IMG/VR virus record: IMGVR_UViG_3300017754_001551
Coordinates: 1-30,710 of that record
Source: a virus
Lineage: Duplodnaviria > Caudoviricetes
DNA length: 30,710 nt
Direction: 5' to 3' (one strand)
The position numbers and the translations under genes are program-made. The notes beneath the pieces are model-generated. The model was not told where the DNA came from, did no database searches, and saw only the letters and a program-made list of their open reading frames with translations. Positions 1-8,854 of this stretch are shown in pieces (the first letter of the stretch is position 1; every line of letters starts with the position of its first letter).

Positions 1-123
1 AACCCGGCATTTGAACAAATCCCGGCGCTGATGCGCCTTGGCGCGGACAGCCTGCGCCGAAACATTGTGGTGAGCTAATGGCAACGACAAACGGCAATCG
101 CGCGATTCTTGACCTCAAGCGTT
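1..123. repeat. Terminal direct repeat, left copy (identical to 30588-30710); circular assembly overlap
   Basis: aacccggcatttgaac...gacctcaagcgtt occurs at both ends. It spans the end of ORF 30099..30665 and the start of ORF 78..1520, so genes run through the junction. Confidence 0.97.
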
Positions 124-1520
124 GGGAGTTCTGTGCGCCAGCGCCGATCGCGACAGCAGCGGGCTCGTTTATCGCCAGCAGCCGGCATTACCGCCAGCGC
201 CAGTTGTACGTCGCCAATGCCACCACCCATTACATTTATGACCCAGCCGAGGACGGATGGGCACAGATCCCGTCTGGCGCTTTAGCCGGCACGTTTGCGG
301 TCGGCGCGTGCGGCACCGCTACCGCAATCGGCCCGTCCGGCACGGCAACGGCAGGGACGACCAGCACCATCACCACCAACCTGACGCTAACGCAGGATTT
401 GCGCGGATATTCGATCCACATCACAGGCGGTCCAAACGCTGGCCTGACAACGCCGATCCTGTCCAACACGACAGGCGCCAATTCGGTAATTACCGTGGCG
501 ACGCAGGCGTCCGCGTTTACGGTAGCCACGACCTACCGTCTGCTCACTCCGCGCTGGTACGTCCTGAATGCCATCACGGCAGCCGGCACGACTACGGCCA
601 ACGTTTTCAAATACTACGATTTGGCCACCAACACATGGGCAGCCGCTGAGACCGGCGCAACGGACGGCATTGCCCCTGCTGCCGTCATTGGCACCGACAG
701 CAAACTGATTTGCACGCCGTCGTGGCAGGGTTCTGGTTACAAGTCGTTTGCGACCGGCACCGCAACGGCAGGCGGCGCATCCACGCTGACCAATTCCGCA
801 AAAACGTGGACCGTCAACCAGTGGACCAATTCGCAGGTCCGCATTGTCAGCGGCACTGGCGCGGGCCAGATTCGCACCATTGCGTCAAACACGGCGACCG
901 TGCTCACGACCTCTGCCGCGTGGACCACGAACCCGGACGCAACCTCGGTCTACAGCATCGAGGGCAATGACGATTTCATTTACTACATGGGCAGCAACGC
1001 TGTGACGCTGTACCGCTACAGCATCAGCGCCGGCACATGGACGACGCTAAGCCCTGGCGTTGCACGCGCTGCTGCGCCCGGCGCCGGCATGTCCGGCCAT
1101 TGGATCTGGGAAACGACTAATTCCGCTTGGAACAATGAGTCGGCCATTTTGTCGGGTCGGTATATTTATTCGTTTCGAGGCGGTGCCGGCGCGGTTCTCG
1201 ACCGCTACGACATTGCAGGCAACACATGGACCAATGCGCTTACCTATGCGCCTGCGACAGAGACGTTTACTACCGGCACCAAATGGACGTACCGGGAAGA
1301 TTATCTCTACGCGCAGAAGGACGCGACCGGTCGATGGCTTAAATACAACATCGTGACCGGTGAACAAGGCGGCTGGTCTGTGATGACGTACACGCAGGGC
1401 GCGGCCATTGCTGGCGACACGTCGTTTGACGTGCATTACGCGGACGGAGCCACCGAGATTGATTACGTCTACATGGTCCTGAACACCAGCACCGTCATGC
1501 TGCGCTGTATGGTGATTTGA
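78..1520 (+). CDS. Putative virion accessory protein; Kelch-like beta-propeller blades with two inserted Thr/Gly-rich modules
   Basis: 480 aa, Thr/Ala/Gly rich. Blade-like motifs YIYDPAEDGW, YYDLATNTW, YRYSISAGTW and RYDIAGNTW. Two GTATAG-starting repeats. Coupled to the upstream gene by TAATG. Confidence 0.6.
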   Translation: MATTNGNRAILDLKRWEFCAPAPIATAAGSFIASSRHYRQRQLYVANATTHYIYDPAEDGWAQIPSGALAGTFAVGACGTATAIGPSGTATAGTTSTITTNLTLTQDLRGYSIHITGGPNAGLTTPILSNTTGANSVITVATQASAFTVATTYRLLTPRWYVLNAITAAGTTTANVFKYYDLATNTWAAAETGATDGIAPAAVIGTDSKLICTPSWQGSGYKSFATGTATAGGASTLTNSAKTWTVNQWTNSQVRIVSGTGAGQIRTIASNTATVLTTSAAWTTNPDATSVYSIEGNDDFIYYMGSNAVTLYRYSISAGTWTTLSPGVARAAAPGAGMSGHWIWETTNSAWNNESAILSGRYIYSFRGGAGAVLDRYDIAGNTWTNALTYAPATETFTTGTKWTYREDYLYAQKDATGRWLKYNIVTGEQGGWSVMTYTQGAAIAGDTSFDVHYADGATEIDYVYMVLNTSTVMLRCMVI

Positions 1521-1684
1521 TGAACGCCACCGATTTGATCGAGCAGGCGCAGCGGTGGCTGGCGCGGCAGACCCAGCTGCGAGCCGAGGCGGAGCGATTG
1601 GGCGATGCGCAGTCTATCGCTGCAATTGATGCCGAAATTGCGGAGACCGAGTCCACGATTGCGCAGCTGCAAACGCTGGAGTAA
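1520..1684 (+). CDS. Small coiled-coil protein (54 aa, MNATDLIEQAQRWLARQ...AQLQTLE), not in the ORF track
   Basis: ATG overlaps the upstream TGA (TGATG at 1518-1522). TAA at 1682-1684 lies 3 nt before the next ATG, filling the gap exactly. Confidence 0.8.
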   Translation: MNATDLIEQAQRWLARQTQLRAEAERLGDAQSIAAIDAEIAETESTIAQLQTLE

Positions 1685-1687
1685 CCC

Positions 1688-2020
1688 ATGCTGTTGACGC
1701 TGCTCCAGAGCGTAACGACTCCGGTGCCGCCAGTCGTTGTCCCGACCAAGGTCGGTGGCGACGATGTTCCGCGAATCGAAATATGGGAAACCAGACAGGC
1801 CAGGCGTAAGGCGCGCGAAGTCAGGCGCTCGATTGACATTCTGCGCGAGGAATTGCCGCAGGAAGTCGAAGTCGAGGCGCTGCCGCCGATTCCGATTCGG
1901 GTCGATAGCCCGGACTGGTCGGCCTACCTGCGCCAGTTAAGCGACATCGAGCAGCAGCTGCGCATCGTGCGCGAGCGACTGGCGGAACAGGACGACGAAG
2001 AGGTTTTGTTGCTGTTATGA
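1688..2020 (+). CDS. Hypothetical head-region protein ending in DDEEVLLLL
   Basis: 110-aa ORF in tight operon spacing, with ATGA overlap to the next gene. Confidence 0.7.
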   Translation: MLLTLLQSVTTPVPPVVVPTKVGGDDVPRIEIWETRQARRKAREVRRSIDILREELPQEVEVEALPPIPIRVDSPDWSAYLRQLSDIEQQLRIVRERLAEQDDEEVLLLL

Positions 2021-2355
2021 GAACTCGATACATCCAGCATCCCGAGACCGGAGAGCTAATTCTGGCCGAGGACTACCGCGCTCCGCACCGGCCGACGTTC
2101 TACGTTCAGCCCGATTTGCCCGACTATGAGAGCCCGATCGACGGGCGCGTGGTGCATGGCCGCGCAGGCCGGCGCGAAGACCTGCGGCGCAGCGGTTCGC
2201 GTCCGTATGAGGGCCGCGAGGTTGAGGCGCGCGAGGCAGCCCGAGTGCGCAGGAATCACGAGGCGGCTCAGGAACGCGCAATTGAGCGCACCGCGCAGGC
2301 GGTCTTGGCCAACATGTCCCCAGAGAAAAAACGCGCCCTGATGCGCGGAATGTGA
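2017..2355 (+). CDS. Hypothetical phage protein upstream of the scaffold
   Basis: 112 aa with ATGA coupling. The YESPIDGRVVHGR...RREDLRRSG motif resembles small proteins I recall between portal and scaffold in similar podoviruses. Confidence 0.75.
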   Translation: MRTRYIQHPETGELILAEDYRAPHRPTFYVQPDLPDYESPIDGRVVHGRAGRREDLRRSGSRPYEGREVEAREAARVRRNHEAAQERAIERTAQAVLANMSPEKKRALMRGM

Positions 2356-2363
2356 GGTAGCAA

Positions 2364-2582
2364 ATGGCGTTTACCGAAGCCCAGTTGATCGCAGAGGCCG
2401 ACCCCGCCGGCACTGCTCGCACTGTTGTTTTTGACAATTTCATCCCGGTTGGCACCACCCTGACTGACGTTTATGCGGTCGGTGTGGTGGCGCCTTATGC
2501 GGGCCGCAGCCGCTGGGTTCAGCTGTCGCAGACTCGCACGCCTGCGCAGGCCTGGAGCGATGTTCAGGCCGCATTGGCCTAA
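2364..2582 (+). CDS. Hypothetical small protein
   Basis: 72 aa with a GAGG RBS upstream; fills the gap before the scaffold gene. Confidence 0.7.
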   Translation: MAFTEAQLIAEADPAGTARTVVFDNFIPVGTTLTDVYAVGVVAPYAGRSRWVQLSQTRTPAQAWSDVQAALA

Positions 2583-2591
2583 GGAGATTTC

Positions 2592-3560
2592 ATGCTCGGA
2601 AACGAAGGCGCAACCGCCGAAGTTGAGAACGCAGCCGAGGCCGAAGCGCCCCGGACAATGGAAGAAACAATTCGCGAAACCCTGCACAGCATCAGGGACC
2701 GTGGCGACAGCGAGCCTGTAGAGGCCGAGGACGAAGTCCCGGAAACGCAGGCCGAGGCAGAGCCTGAGCCGGAAACGGAATCAGCCCGCCCGGCGCCCAA
2801 CACATGGCGCAAGGATGTGGCTGCGAAATGGGCCACGTTGCCGCCAGAAGTGCAAGCCGAGGTCGAACGCCGAGAGTCCGACTTCCACAAAGGCATCGAG
2901 AAATACAAAGCCGCGGCGCAGTTTCAGGACGACGTTCAGAAAGCCGTGGCGCCGTATGTGCCGACGTTTCGTTCGCTTGGCATATCGCCTGCGGAAGCCA
3001 TTCAAGGCCTGATGTCGACCGATGCGGTTCTGCGCAACGGAACGCCGCATGAAAAATTGGCCACGTTCCAGTCGCTGGCTCAGCAGTACGGCATCGACCT
3101 TGGGCAGGCACAGAGTTTTCAGGGCGCAGATCCACAGGTGTCTGCGCTTCAGCAACAGATTCAGCATCTGCAGAGCTATCTGCAGCAGCAAGAGACCAAG
3201 GGCCAGCAGGCTGAGCAGGCAGCGGTTAACACCGAGATCGCCCGTTTTGCCTCTGATCCAAAGCATGGGCACTTTGATCAGGTTCGAGAGCACATGGCTG
3301 CGCTTCTACAAGCCGGCCTTGCCAAGGACTTGTCCGATGCCTATGCGCAGGCTGTCTACGCCAACCCCACGACCAGAGCCGCTGTTCAACAGCAGCAGGC
3401 CAAGGCGTCGAAAGGGAGCGCGGCACAGGCGGCCAAGGTGGCAAAACAGGCGGCGAGCGTGAATGTGCGCTCAAGACCCGCAATGGCACCTGAAATGGCC
3501 GCCGGCCAAACAATGGACGAAACCATTCGTGCCACCCTGAGACGCCTCAGGGGCGCGTAA
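2592..3560 (+). CDS. Capsid scaffolding protein
   Basis: AAGGAG RBS, acidic N-terminus, PNTWRKD...WATLPPEVQAEV..RE motif and Gln/Ala-rich helices; immediately upstream of the capsid gene. Confidence 0.85.
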   Translation: MLGNEGATAEVENAAEAEAPRTMEETIRETLHSIRDRGDSEPVEAEDEVPETQAEAEPEPETESARPAPNTWRKDVAAKWATLPPEVQAEVERRESDFHKGIEKYKAAAQFQDDVQKAVAPYVPTFRSLGISPAEAIQGLMSTDAVLRNGTPHEKLATFQSLAQQYGIDLGQAQSFQGADPQVSALQQQIQHLQSYLQQQETKGQQAEQAAVNTEIARFASDPKHGHFDQVREHMAALLQAGLAKDLSDAYAQAVYANPTTRAAVQQQQAKASKGSAAQAAKVAKQAASVNVRSRPAMAPEMAAGQTMDETIRATLRRLRGA

Positions 3561-3583
3561 TCAACTTTTTTTAGGAGTTCACC

Positions 3584-4579
3584 ATGCCTTCACCCGGACA
3601 GGGCTACGCTGCTGGTGCGTTCAACGTGTTCAGCGAACTGGTCGCCACGACCTATCGCCTGCACTCGAAGGACGTTGCCGACAACGTGTCCAAACACAAC
3701 GCTCTTTTCCGTCGCTTGACCGAGGCCGGTAAAATCCGCCTTGAAGATGGCGGCCTTTCCATCGTGCAGCCGCTCGAATATGCGGCCAACAGCACCTACA
3801 CCCGGTACTCGGGCTTCGACGTTCTGGCGATCAACGCCGTTGACGTGCTGAGCGCCGCCGAATATCCGTGGCGTCAGGTGGCCGTGAATGTTGCGATTTC
3901 CGGTCTGGAAATGCGCACCAACAGCGGCGAGGCTCGCATCATTAATTTCGTGAAAGCGAAGATTAAGAATGCGCAGAACTCGCTGGCCAACGGCCTGTCG
4001 GTCGACCTGTACAGCGACGGCACTGCTGCCAACCAGATGAACGGTCTGCAGGCGCTTATCGCCGACGCTGGCACCGGCACTGTCGGTGGCATCAACAGCA
4101 GCACCTACAGCTTCTGGCAGAACGTGGTCCAGTCCGCTGGCGCCCCGCTGCAGGGTGGTTCTGCGATTACCCCGAGCGCGTCCACCATCGAGTCGCTGAT
4201 GCTTCCGCTGTGGATTCGCACGACCCGTGGCAATGACACGCCGGACCTGATCGTCATGAGCGACGATTACTTCACGTTCTTCGAGCAGTCCCAGACCAGC
4301 CTCAAGCGCTACACCAGCGACGAGGATGGCCGTGGCGGTATGCTGAGCATGAAGTACAAGACCGCTGACGTCTTCTTCGACAGCTCGGGCGGCATTCCGG
4401 CCGCGCACGCCTACTTCATCAACACCGACTATTTGGATCTGGTGGTTCACCAAGACGCCAACATGGCGATGTTGCCCGAGGTGGAATCCATCAACCAGGA
4501 CGCCATGGTCCGCACGATCATTTTTCAGGGCAACCTTGCCCTGTCGAATCGTTCGCTGCAGGGCGTGATGAAGGCTTAA
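3584..4579 (+). CDS. Major capsid protein (HK97 fold expected)
   Basis: TAGGAG RBS, 331 aa, strongly C-ending codons. Motifs DNVSKHNALF, LYSDGT, NGLQALI and GTVGGI. Follows the scaffold gene. Confidence 0.9.
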   Translation: MPSPGQGYAAGAFNVFSELVATTYRLHSKDVADNVSKHNALFRRLTEAGKIRLEDGGLSIVQPLEYAANSTYTRYSGFDVLAINAVDVLSAAEYPWRQVAVNVAISGLEMRTNSGEARIINFVKAKIKNAQNSLANGLSVDLYSDGTAANQMNGLQALIADAGTGTVGGINSSTYSFWQNVVQSAGAPLQGGSAITPSASTIESLMLPLWIRTTRGNDTPDLIVMSDDYFTFFEQSQTSLKRYTSDEDGRGGMLSMKYKTADVFFDSSGGIPAAHAYFINTDYLDLVVHQDANMAMLPEVESINQDAMVRTIIFQGNLALSNRSLQGVMKA

Positions 4580-4591
4580 AGGAGCAACATC

Positions 4592-5332
4592 ATGACAACC
4601 GCTGCCTCCATGTTCTCTGTCTGTGGCACTCAGGCCATCGGCAACTGGAACACCCCCGACACCACTCAGCGTCACCCGCTGGGCACCATCATGAACGTGG
4701 TCGACCCGTACTGGGGCGGTCAGGAACTGATCTACCTTCAGTTCTCGTTCACCACCGGCACGCCGCTGCGCACTGGCGCCGTTTTGGCGTTCGATACCGC
4801 CACGTCGTTCATTGCGACGCTGGTGGCGAACACCGCCAACCTTGGCAAGTCGCTGGCGTTCAACCTCAACGCGATTCCCTCCGCCAACGCGACCGGCACC
4901 TACTACCTGTGGGCTGTCGTTAGCGGTTCCTGCCCGGTGTGGAGCTCTGCGTCGGTTGCTGCTGACACGGGCATTGGCATCGTGGCTGCTGGTCAGGCGG
5001 GCGCTCAGGCCGCAGGCAAGCAGATCGTCAACTGCCGCAACACCAAGGCTGCGACCACTACCGTGGCCAAGGCGAACACCGTCACTCAGAACGGCTCGCC
5101 GATTCTGAAGGTGTCCAACACTGACGGCTGGTTCGTCGGTGGCTCGGTGTCCGGCACTGGCATCACGACCTCGCTGATCACCGCCATTGATCCGGACAAC
5201 CGGACCGTGACGCTGGCCAGCAACTCGTCCGCCACCGGCTCAGTGACTGCTACTCAGACGAACAACGACGGCACGAACTACTTCAACACCGTCACTTGTG
5301 ATCGTCCGTTCGCTCAGGGTGCTATCACCTAA
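4592..5332 (+). CDS. Putative capsid cement/decoration protein
   Basis: AAGGAG RBS; directly after the MCP with the same biased codon usage and before a strong terminator; Thr/Gly/Ala-rich beta composition. Confidence 0.65.
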   Translation: MTTAASMFSVCGTQAIGNWNTPDTTQRHPLGTIMNVVDPYWGGQELIYLQFSFTTGTPLRTGAVLAFDTATSFIATLVANTANLGKSLAFNLNAIPSANATGTYYLWAVVSGSCPVWSSASVAADTGIGIVAAGQAGAQAAGKQIVNCRNTKAATTTVAKANTVTQNGSPILKVSNTDGWFVGGSVSGTGITTSLITAIDPDNRTVTLASNSSATGSVTATQTNNDGTNYFNTVTCDRPFAQGAIT

Positions 5333-5350
5333 GATTGCCGTTGGCAGTCA

Positions 5351-5381
5351 CAGCGGGGGCTTCGGCCCCCGTTGTTTTTTT
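5351..5381 (+). terminator. Intrinsic terminator after the capsid genes
   Basis: cagcgggggc-ttcg-gcccccgttg hairpin (cUUCGg loop) followed by a 7-T run. Confidence 0.9.
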
Positions 5382-5409
5382 CAATCCAAAGCGCAACCGC
5401 AGAGGAATT

Positions 5410-6012
5410 ATGGAATCACGAATCCCGTACTTTGATTTTGTCCAGCGTGAGCATGGCGTTGATTCGGAGCAATCCGAAGAGGCCGGCTACGAAGTCCCGA
5501 AAATCGTCACGTTTATCCGAATCACTCCGCACGGACATCGCGGAGATCCGATGGAGTTTTTCGCAGACGAGTTTATCGAGCGCAAAGGCCTTGAGGCCCG
5601 GGCGGGTCGATATGAGCATTCATGGGTTGCCCGATTCAAAGACGGTTTGGCCGAGTTCCGCGAGGGGAGAGAACTGCCGCGCGAAGGCACGCCGCTGCTG
5701 ACGTGGGAACGAATTCTGAAAAGCCGCCGCGAGCAATTGGCCGCGCGGTTTCCGACAATTGAAGATTTGGCGGCATGCCCGGATTCGAACCTGGGCGAGA
5801 TTGGTCTTGATGGGCGCGTGTTGCGAGACATGGCGCGGGCTGAGATTCAGGCCAAAAAGGATTTAGAGCCGGTGGTGCGCGAGCTCGCCGTGGCTAAAGA
5901 AGAAAACCGGCAGTTGCGTGAGCAGCTGCAGAGACTCGAGGCGCGGTTTGACGCGCTCGAGGACGACAAACCTAGACGCGGGCGACCGCGACTGACTGAC
6001 GAGGCTGCGTGA
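5410..6012 (+). CDS. Hypothetical protein with an HhH-like segment, coiled coil and C-terminal AT-hook-like RRGRPR
   Basis: Start moved to the ATG at 5410 (AGAGGA RBS) because the track start lies across the terminator. Contains TIEDLAACPDSNLGEIG and KPRRGRPR. Confidence 0.7.
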   Translation: MESRIPYFDFVQREHGVDSEQSEEAGYEVPKIVTFIRITPHGHRGDPMEFFADEFIERKGLEARAGRYEHSWVARFKDGLAEFREGRELPREGTPLLTWERILKSRREQLAARFPTIEDLAACPDSNLGEIGLDGRVLRDMARAEIQAKKDLEPVVRELAVAKEENRQLREQLQRLEARFDALEDDKPRRGRPRLTDEAA

Positions 6013-6722
6013 TGGCACTGAATTGTCTGCAGATCATCCAGAGTGCATGCCGGCGCATCGGGATTTTGAGCCCGAATACCGCAGTCACGAGCACAGATCC
6101 GCAGATAATTCAGCTAGTGGAAATGTGCAACGAGGAGGGCCGAGAGCAGGCCTCACGTTACGCATGGCAGGCTTTGCAGCGAGAGGCGACGTTTCCGACC
6201 GTGGCGGTCGAATTGCAAATCTCGCTGGCGGCCATCACGCAGGGCTTTGAGTACATCGTCAACAACACGATCTGGAATCGCGACCTGCGCCGCCCTGTTT
6301 ACGGCCCAGACAGCGAACAGGACTGGCAGAAGGCCAAGGCCACGCAAATCAACGGCCCGTTTAACCGGTTTCGGATCATCGGGAGCAGTATTTATTTCTA
6401 CCCCGTCCCGACTGCAGGCCAAGATTGCTATTTTGAATACCTGAGCAATTTCTGGGCAGCCGACACCAACGGAAACGGTTCAGCGGTTTTCGAGAACGAC
6501 ACCGATGTCACGGTGTTGGACGACCAGCTGGTGATCCTCGGCACGGTGTGGCGCTGGAAGGCGGCCAAAGGCCTGGCTTATGCCGAAGACTTCCGCAAGT
6601 ACGAGGCCAGATTGCTCGACGTCCAGAACCGCGACGGTGGCAAACCCACCCTCACCATGACCGGGGCCAAGTACGACATTAATCCGGTTGTAATTGTGCC
6701 GGCCGGCAGCTGGAGTTACTGA
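6012..6722 (+). CDS. Head-tail adaptor / tail tubular protein A-like
   Basis: ~236 aa with LQIIQSACRRIG N-terminus, IYFYPVP and LGTVWRWKAAKGLAY motifs; precedes the large tail protein. GTG 6009 is an alternative start. Confidence 0.7.
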   Translation: MALNCLQIIQSACRRIGILSPNTAVTSTDPQIIQLVEMCNEEGREQASRYAWQALQREATFPTVAVELQISLAAITQGFEYIVNNTIWNRDLRRPVYGPDSEQDWQKAKATQINGPFNRFRIIGSSIYFYPVPTAGQDCYFEYLSNFWAADTNGNGSAVFENDTDVTVLDDQLVILGTVWRWKAAKGLAYAEDFRKYEARLLDVQNRDGGKPTLTMTGAKYDINPVVIVPAGSWSY

Positions 6723-8506
6723 TGCGCCGACCGGCAATTCGCCAGCAGGTATCCCGCACGCTGTCTGTCCCAGCGCCTGTTGGCGGATGGAACACGCGCG
6801 ACATGTTGGCCGAAATGAAGCCAAACGAGGCGGTGATCCTCGACAACATGTTCTGCCTGACTAGCTCGGTTCGTGTTCGCCCCGGCAGCGTCGATTACGT
6901 CACGGCGATTCCGGATGACGCTCATACGCTGATGGCCTACAGGTCTATTACCGGCACCTCGAAATTGTTTGCCGCTGCTGGAACCGAAATTTACGACGTC
7001 AGCGTAGCCGGCTTGTGCGGGTCTCCGGTGCTGGCCGGGCTGTCAAACGACGATTGGCAGCACATCATTTTCGGCACGTCCGCCGGCAATTACATGATTG
7101 CGGTCAACGGCGCGCACCTGCCTATCATTTACAACGGATCTGCGTGGGGAAACATTTTCTCCGCGACGTTCAGCAACGCCATTTCTGGCGGCGGCCTCAC
7201 CAGCGTTGGCACGCTCTGCACCTGCGTCATGACCAACCCGCACAACATGCACACAGGCATGTCGATCACCGTCAGCGGCGCGTCTCAGACGGCCTACAAC
7301 GGCACGTTTGTTATCACGGTCACAAACGCCACCACGTTTACCTATGTGGCCCTATCCGTTCCAAGCGCAACCCCAGCGACGGGCAGCCCATCCGCCGTTC
7401 CGACCGTCAACTTTGCGATCACCGTCGCCAACCCGCTTAATTTCATCGCCATCACGCAGCACAAAAACCGCATTTGGTTTGCCGAGAAAGACACGCTTAA
7501 GGCGTGGTACATGGGCACAAACGCGATCGGTGGCGCAGCTGCTGCGTTCGACCTGTCTGCGCTGTTCTCGCGCGGCGGTTATCTGATGGCTCTCGGCACA
7601 TGGACGCTCGATGGCGGCGCCGGCCTCGATGACCTGTTGGTTTTCGTGACCAGCGAGGGGCAGGTGGCTGTCTACCGTGGCACAGATCCAGCGGTGGCGG
7701 CAAACTGGACGCTGGTCGGCGTCTACATGCTGGCCCAGCCAATCGGCAGGAATTGCCTGCAGAAGTTTGGCGGCGACCTGCTGATGCTGACGCGCCAGGG
7801 CATGTTGCCGTTGAGCAAGGCGCTGATTTCTGCGGACGTTACCGACCGCATGACCGCATCGGACAAAATCGCGCAGACGTTTTCCGATTACGGAACGCTG
7901 TATGCCGCAAACGATGGCTGGCAGCAGGTGCTGTTTTATGAAGAGAACGCGCTGCTGGTCAATGTGCCGGTGTCGATCGACGTCAGCTATCAGCTGGTGA
8001 TGAACACGACGACCGGCGCGTGGTCACGGTTTACTGGTTGGAATGCTCGGTGCTGGGAAAGGTTTGAATCCGGCATTTATTTTGCCGCCGGGGACAAGGT
8101 GGTGCAGGCGTGGACCGGCAACACGGATTCGGGCGCGCCGATTTCGTTTGAGGGGCTGCAGGCCTTTACCTACGCCAATGCGCCGACGCAGCTGAAGCAG
8201 GTCAAAATGCTTCGGCCAATTATCGCAACGGAAAGCCAGCCAAACATTTTGCTCGGGGTCAACGCCGACTTTGATACCAGCGCGCCAACCGGGATTCCGA
8301 CATTCGTTCCGGCCACCGCCGGCCTTTGGGACACTGCCGAGTGGGATTTGGATTACTGGGGCGGAGATCAGGTGATTCGGCGAGAATGGCAAACGGCCTT
8401 TGCCATGGGCTACTCGTTCGCTGCGCACATGGTCGGAACCATTAGCGCTAGTTCATTCAACTGGATTTCAACGGACTATGTGGTTGAAGGCGGGGGCGTG
8501 ATATGA
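6722..8506 (+). CDS. Tail tubular protein B / DNA stabilization (nozzle) protein
   Basis: 594 aa, beta-propeller-like. PAPVGGWNTRD N-terminus, HKNRIWFAEKD, TWTLDGGAGLDD, YRGTDP and WDTAEWD motifs; podovirus gene order. Confidence 0.75.
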   Translation: MRRPAIRQQVSRTLSVPAPVGGWNTRDMLAEMKPNEAVILDNMFCLTSSVRVRPGSVDYVTAIPDDAHTLMAYRSITGTSKLFAAAGTEIYDVSVAGLCGSPVLAGLSNDDWQHIIFGTSAGNYMIAVNGAHLPIIYNGSAWGNIFSATFSNAISGGGLTSVGTLCTCVMTNPHNMHTGMSITVSGASQTAYNGTFVITVTNATTFTYVALSVPSATPATGSPSAVPTVNFAITVANPLNFIAITQHKNRIWFAEKDTLKAWYMGTNAIGGAAAAFDLSALFSRGGYLMALGTWTLDGGAGLDDLLVFVTSEGQVAVYRGTDPAVAANWTLVGVYMLAQPIGRNCLQKFGGDLLMLTRQGMLPLSKALISADVTDRMTASDKIAQTFSDYGTLYAANDGWQQVLFYEENALLVNVPVSIDVSYQLVMNTTTGAWSRFTGWNARCWERFESGIYFAAGDKVVQAWTGNTDSGAPISFEGLQAFTYANAPTQLKQVKMLRPIIATESQPNILLGVNADFDTSAPTGIPTFVPATAGLWDTAEWDLDYWGGDQVIRREWQTAFAMGYSFAAHMVGTISASSFNWISTDYVVEGGGVI

Positions 8507-8853
8507 CCGACGAAAAACTGCGCGAGCTGCTGCAGCGGGCAATTGATCGAAGCCTCGGCGTGGTCTCGGTGGACGACGTACTGGAGCGGGTTCAGGCCGG
8601 CAGGCTAGCGCTGTGGTTCGCCGAAAACAGCGTGGCGGTTAGCGAACTAAACCGACTGCCGCAAAAGACGGTGGTCAATGTCGTGCTGGCCGCCGGAGAA
8701 TTAGAAGAGCTGCGTGGTGTCATGCGCGACATCGAGGCCTACGCCCAGTCGGTAGATGCTGCCTTGGTAACGATTGTTGGCCGTCGTGGCTGGGGCCGGG
8801 TGCTTGGTTATGTCGAAACGGCATCGCTGATGTCGAAACCTGTGGGGATGTGA
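8503..8853 (+). CDS. Small tail-assembly protein, possibly GNAT-like fold
   Basis: 116 aa ending GRRGWGRVLGY; lies between the nozzle and ejection genes as in other podoviruses. Confidence 0.55.
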   Translation: MTDEKLRELLQRAIDRSLGVVSVDDVLERVQAGRLALWFAENSVAVSELNRLPQKTVVNVVLAAGELEELRGVMRDIEAYAQSVDAALVTIVGRRGWGRVLGYVETASLMSKPVGM

Positions 8854-8854
8854 A

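Noticed and set aside
1-123. Biological terminal repeat (T7-like DTR) or att site
   Set aside because: It lies across two coding sequences with no terminus-like features and there is no integrase, so an assembler circular overlap is the simplest explanation.
3543-3572. Weak hairpin plus T-run between scaffold and capsid genes as a terminator
   Set aside because: The stem is short and separated from the T-run by about 10 nt; the U-rich tract just before the AGGAG RBS fits a translation enhancer better.
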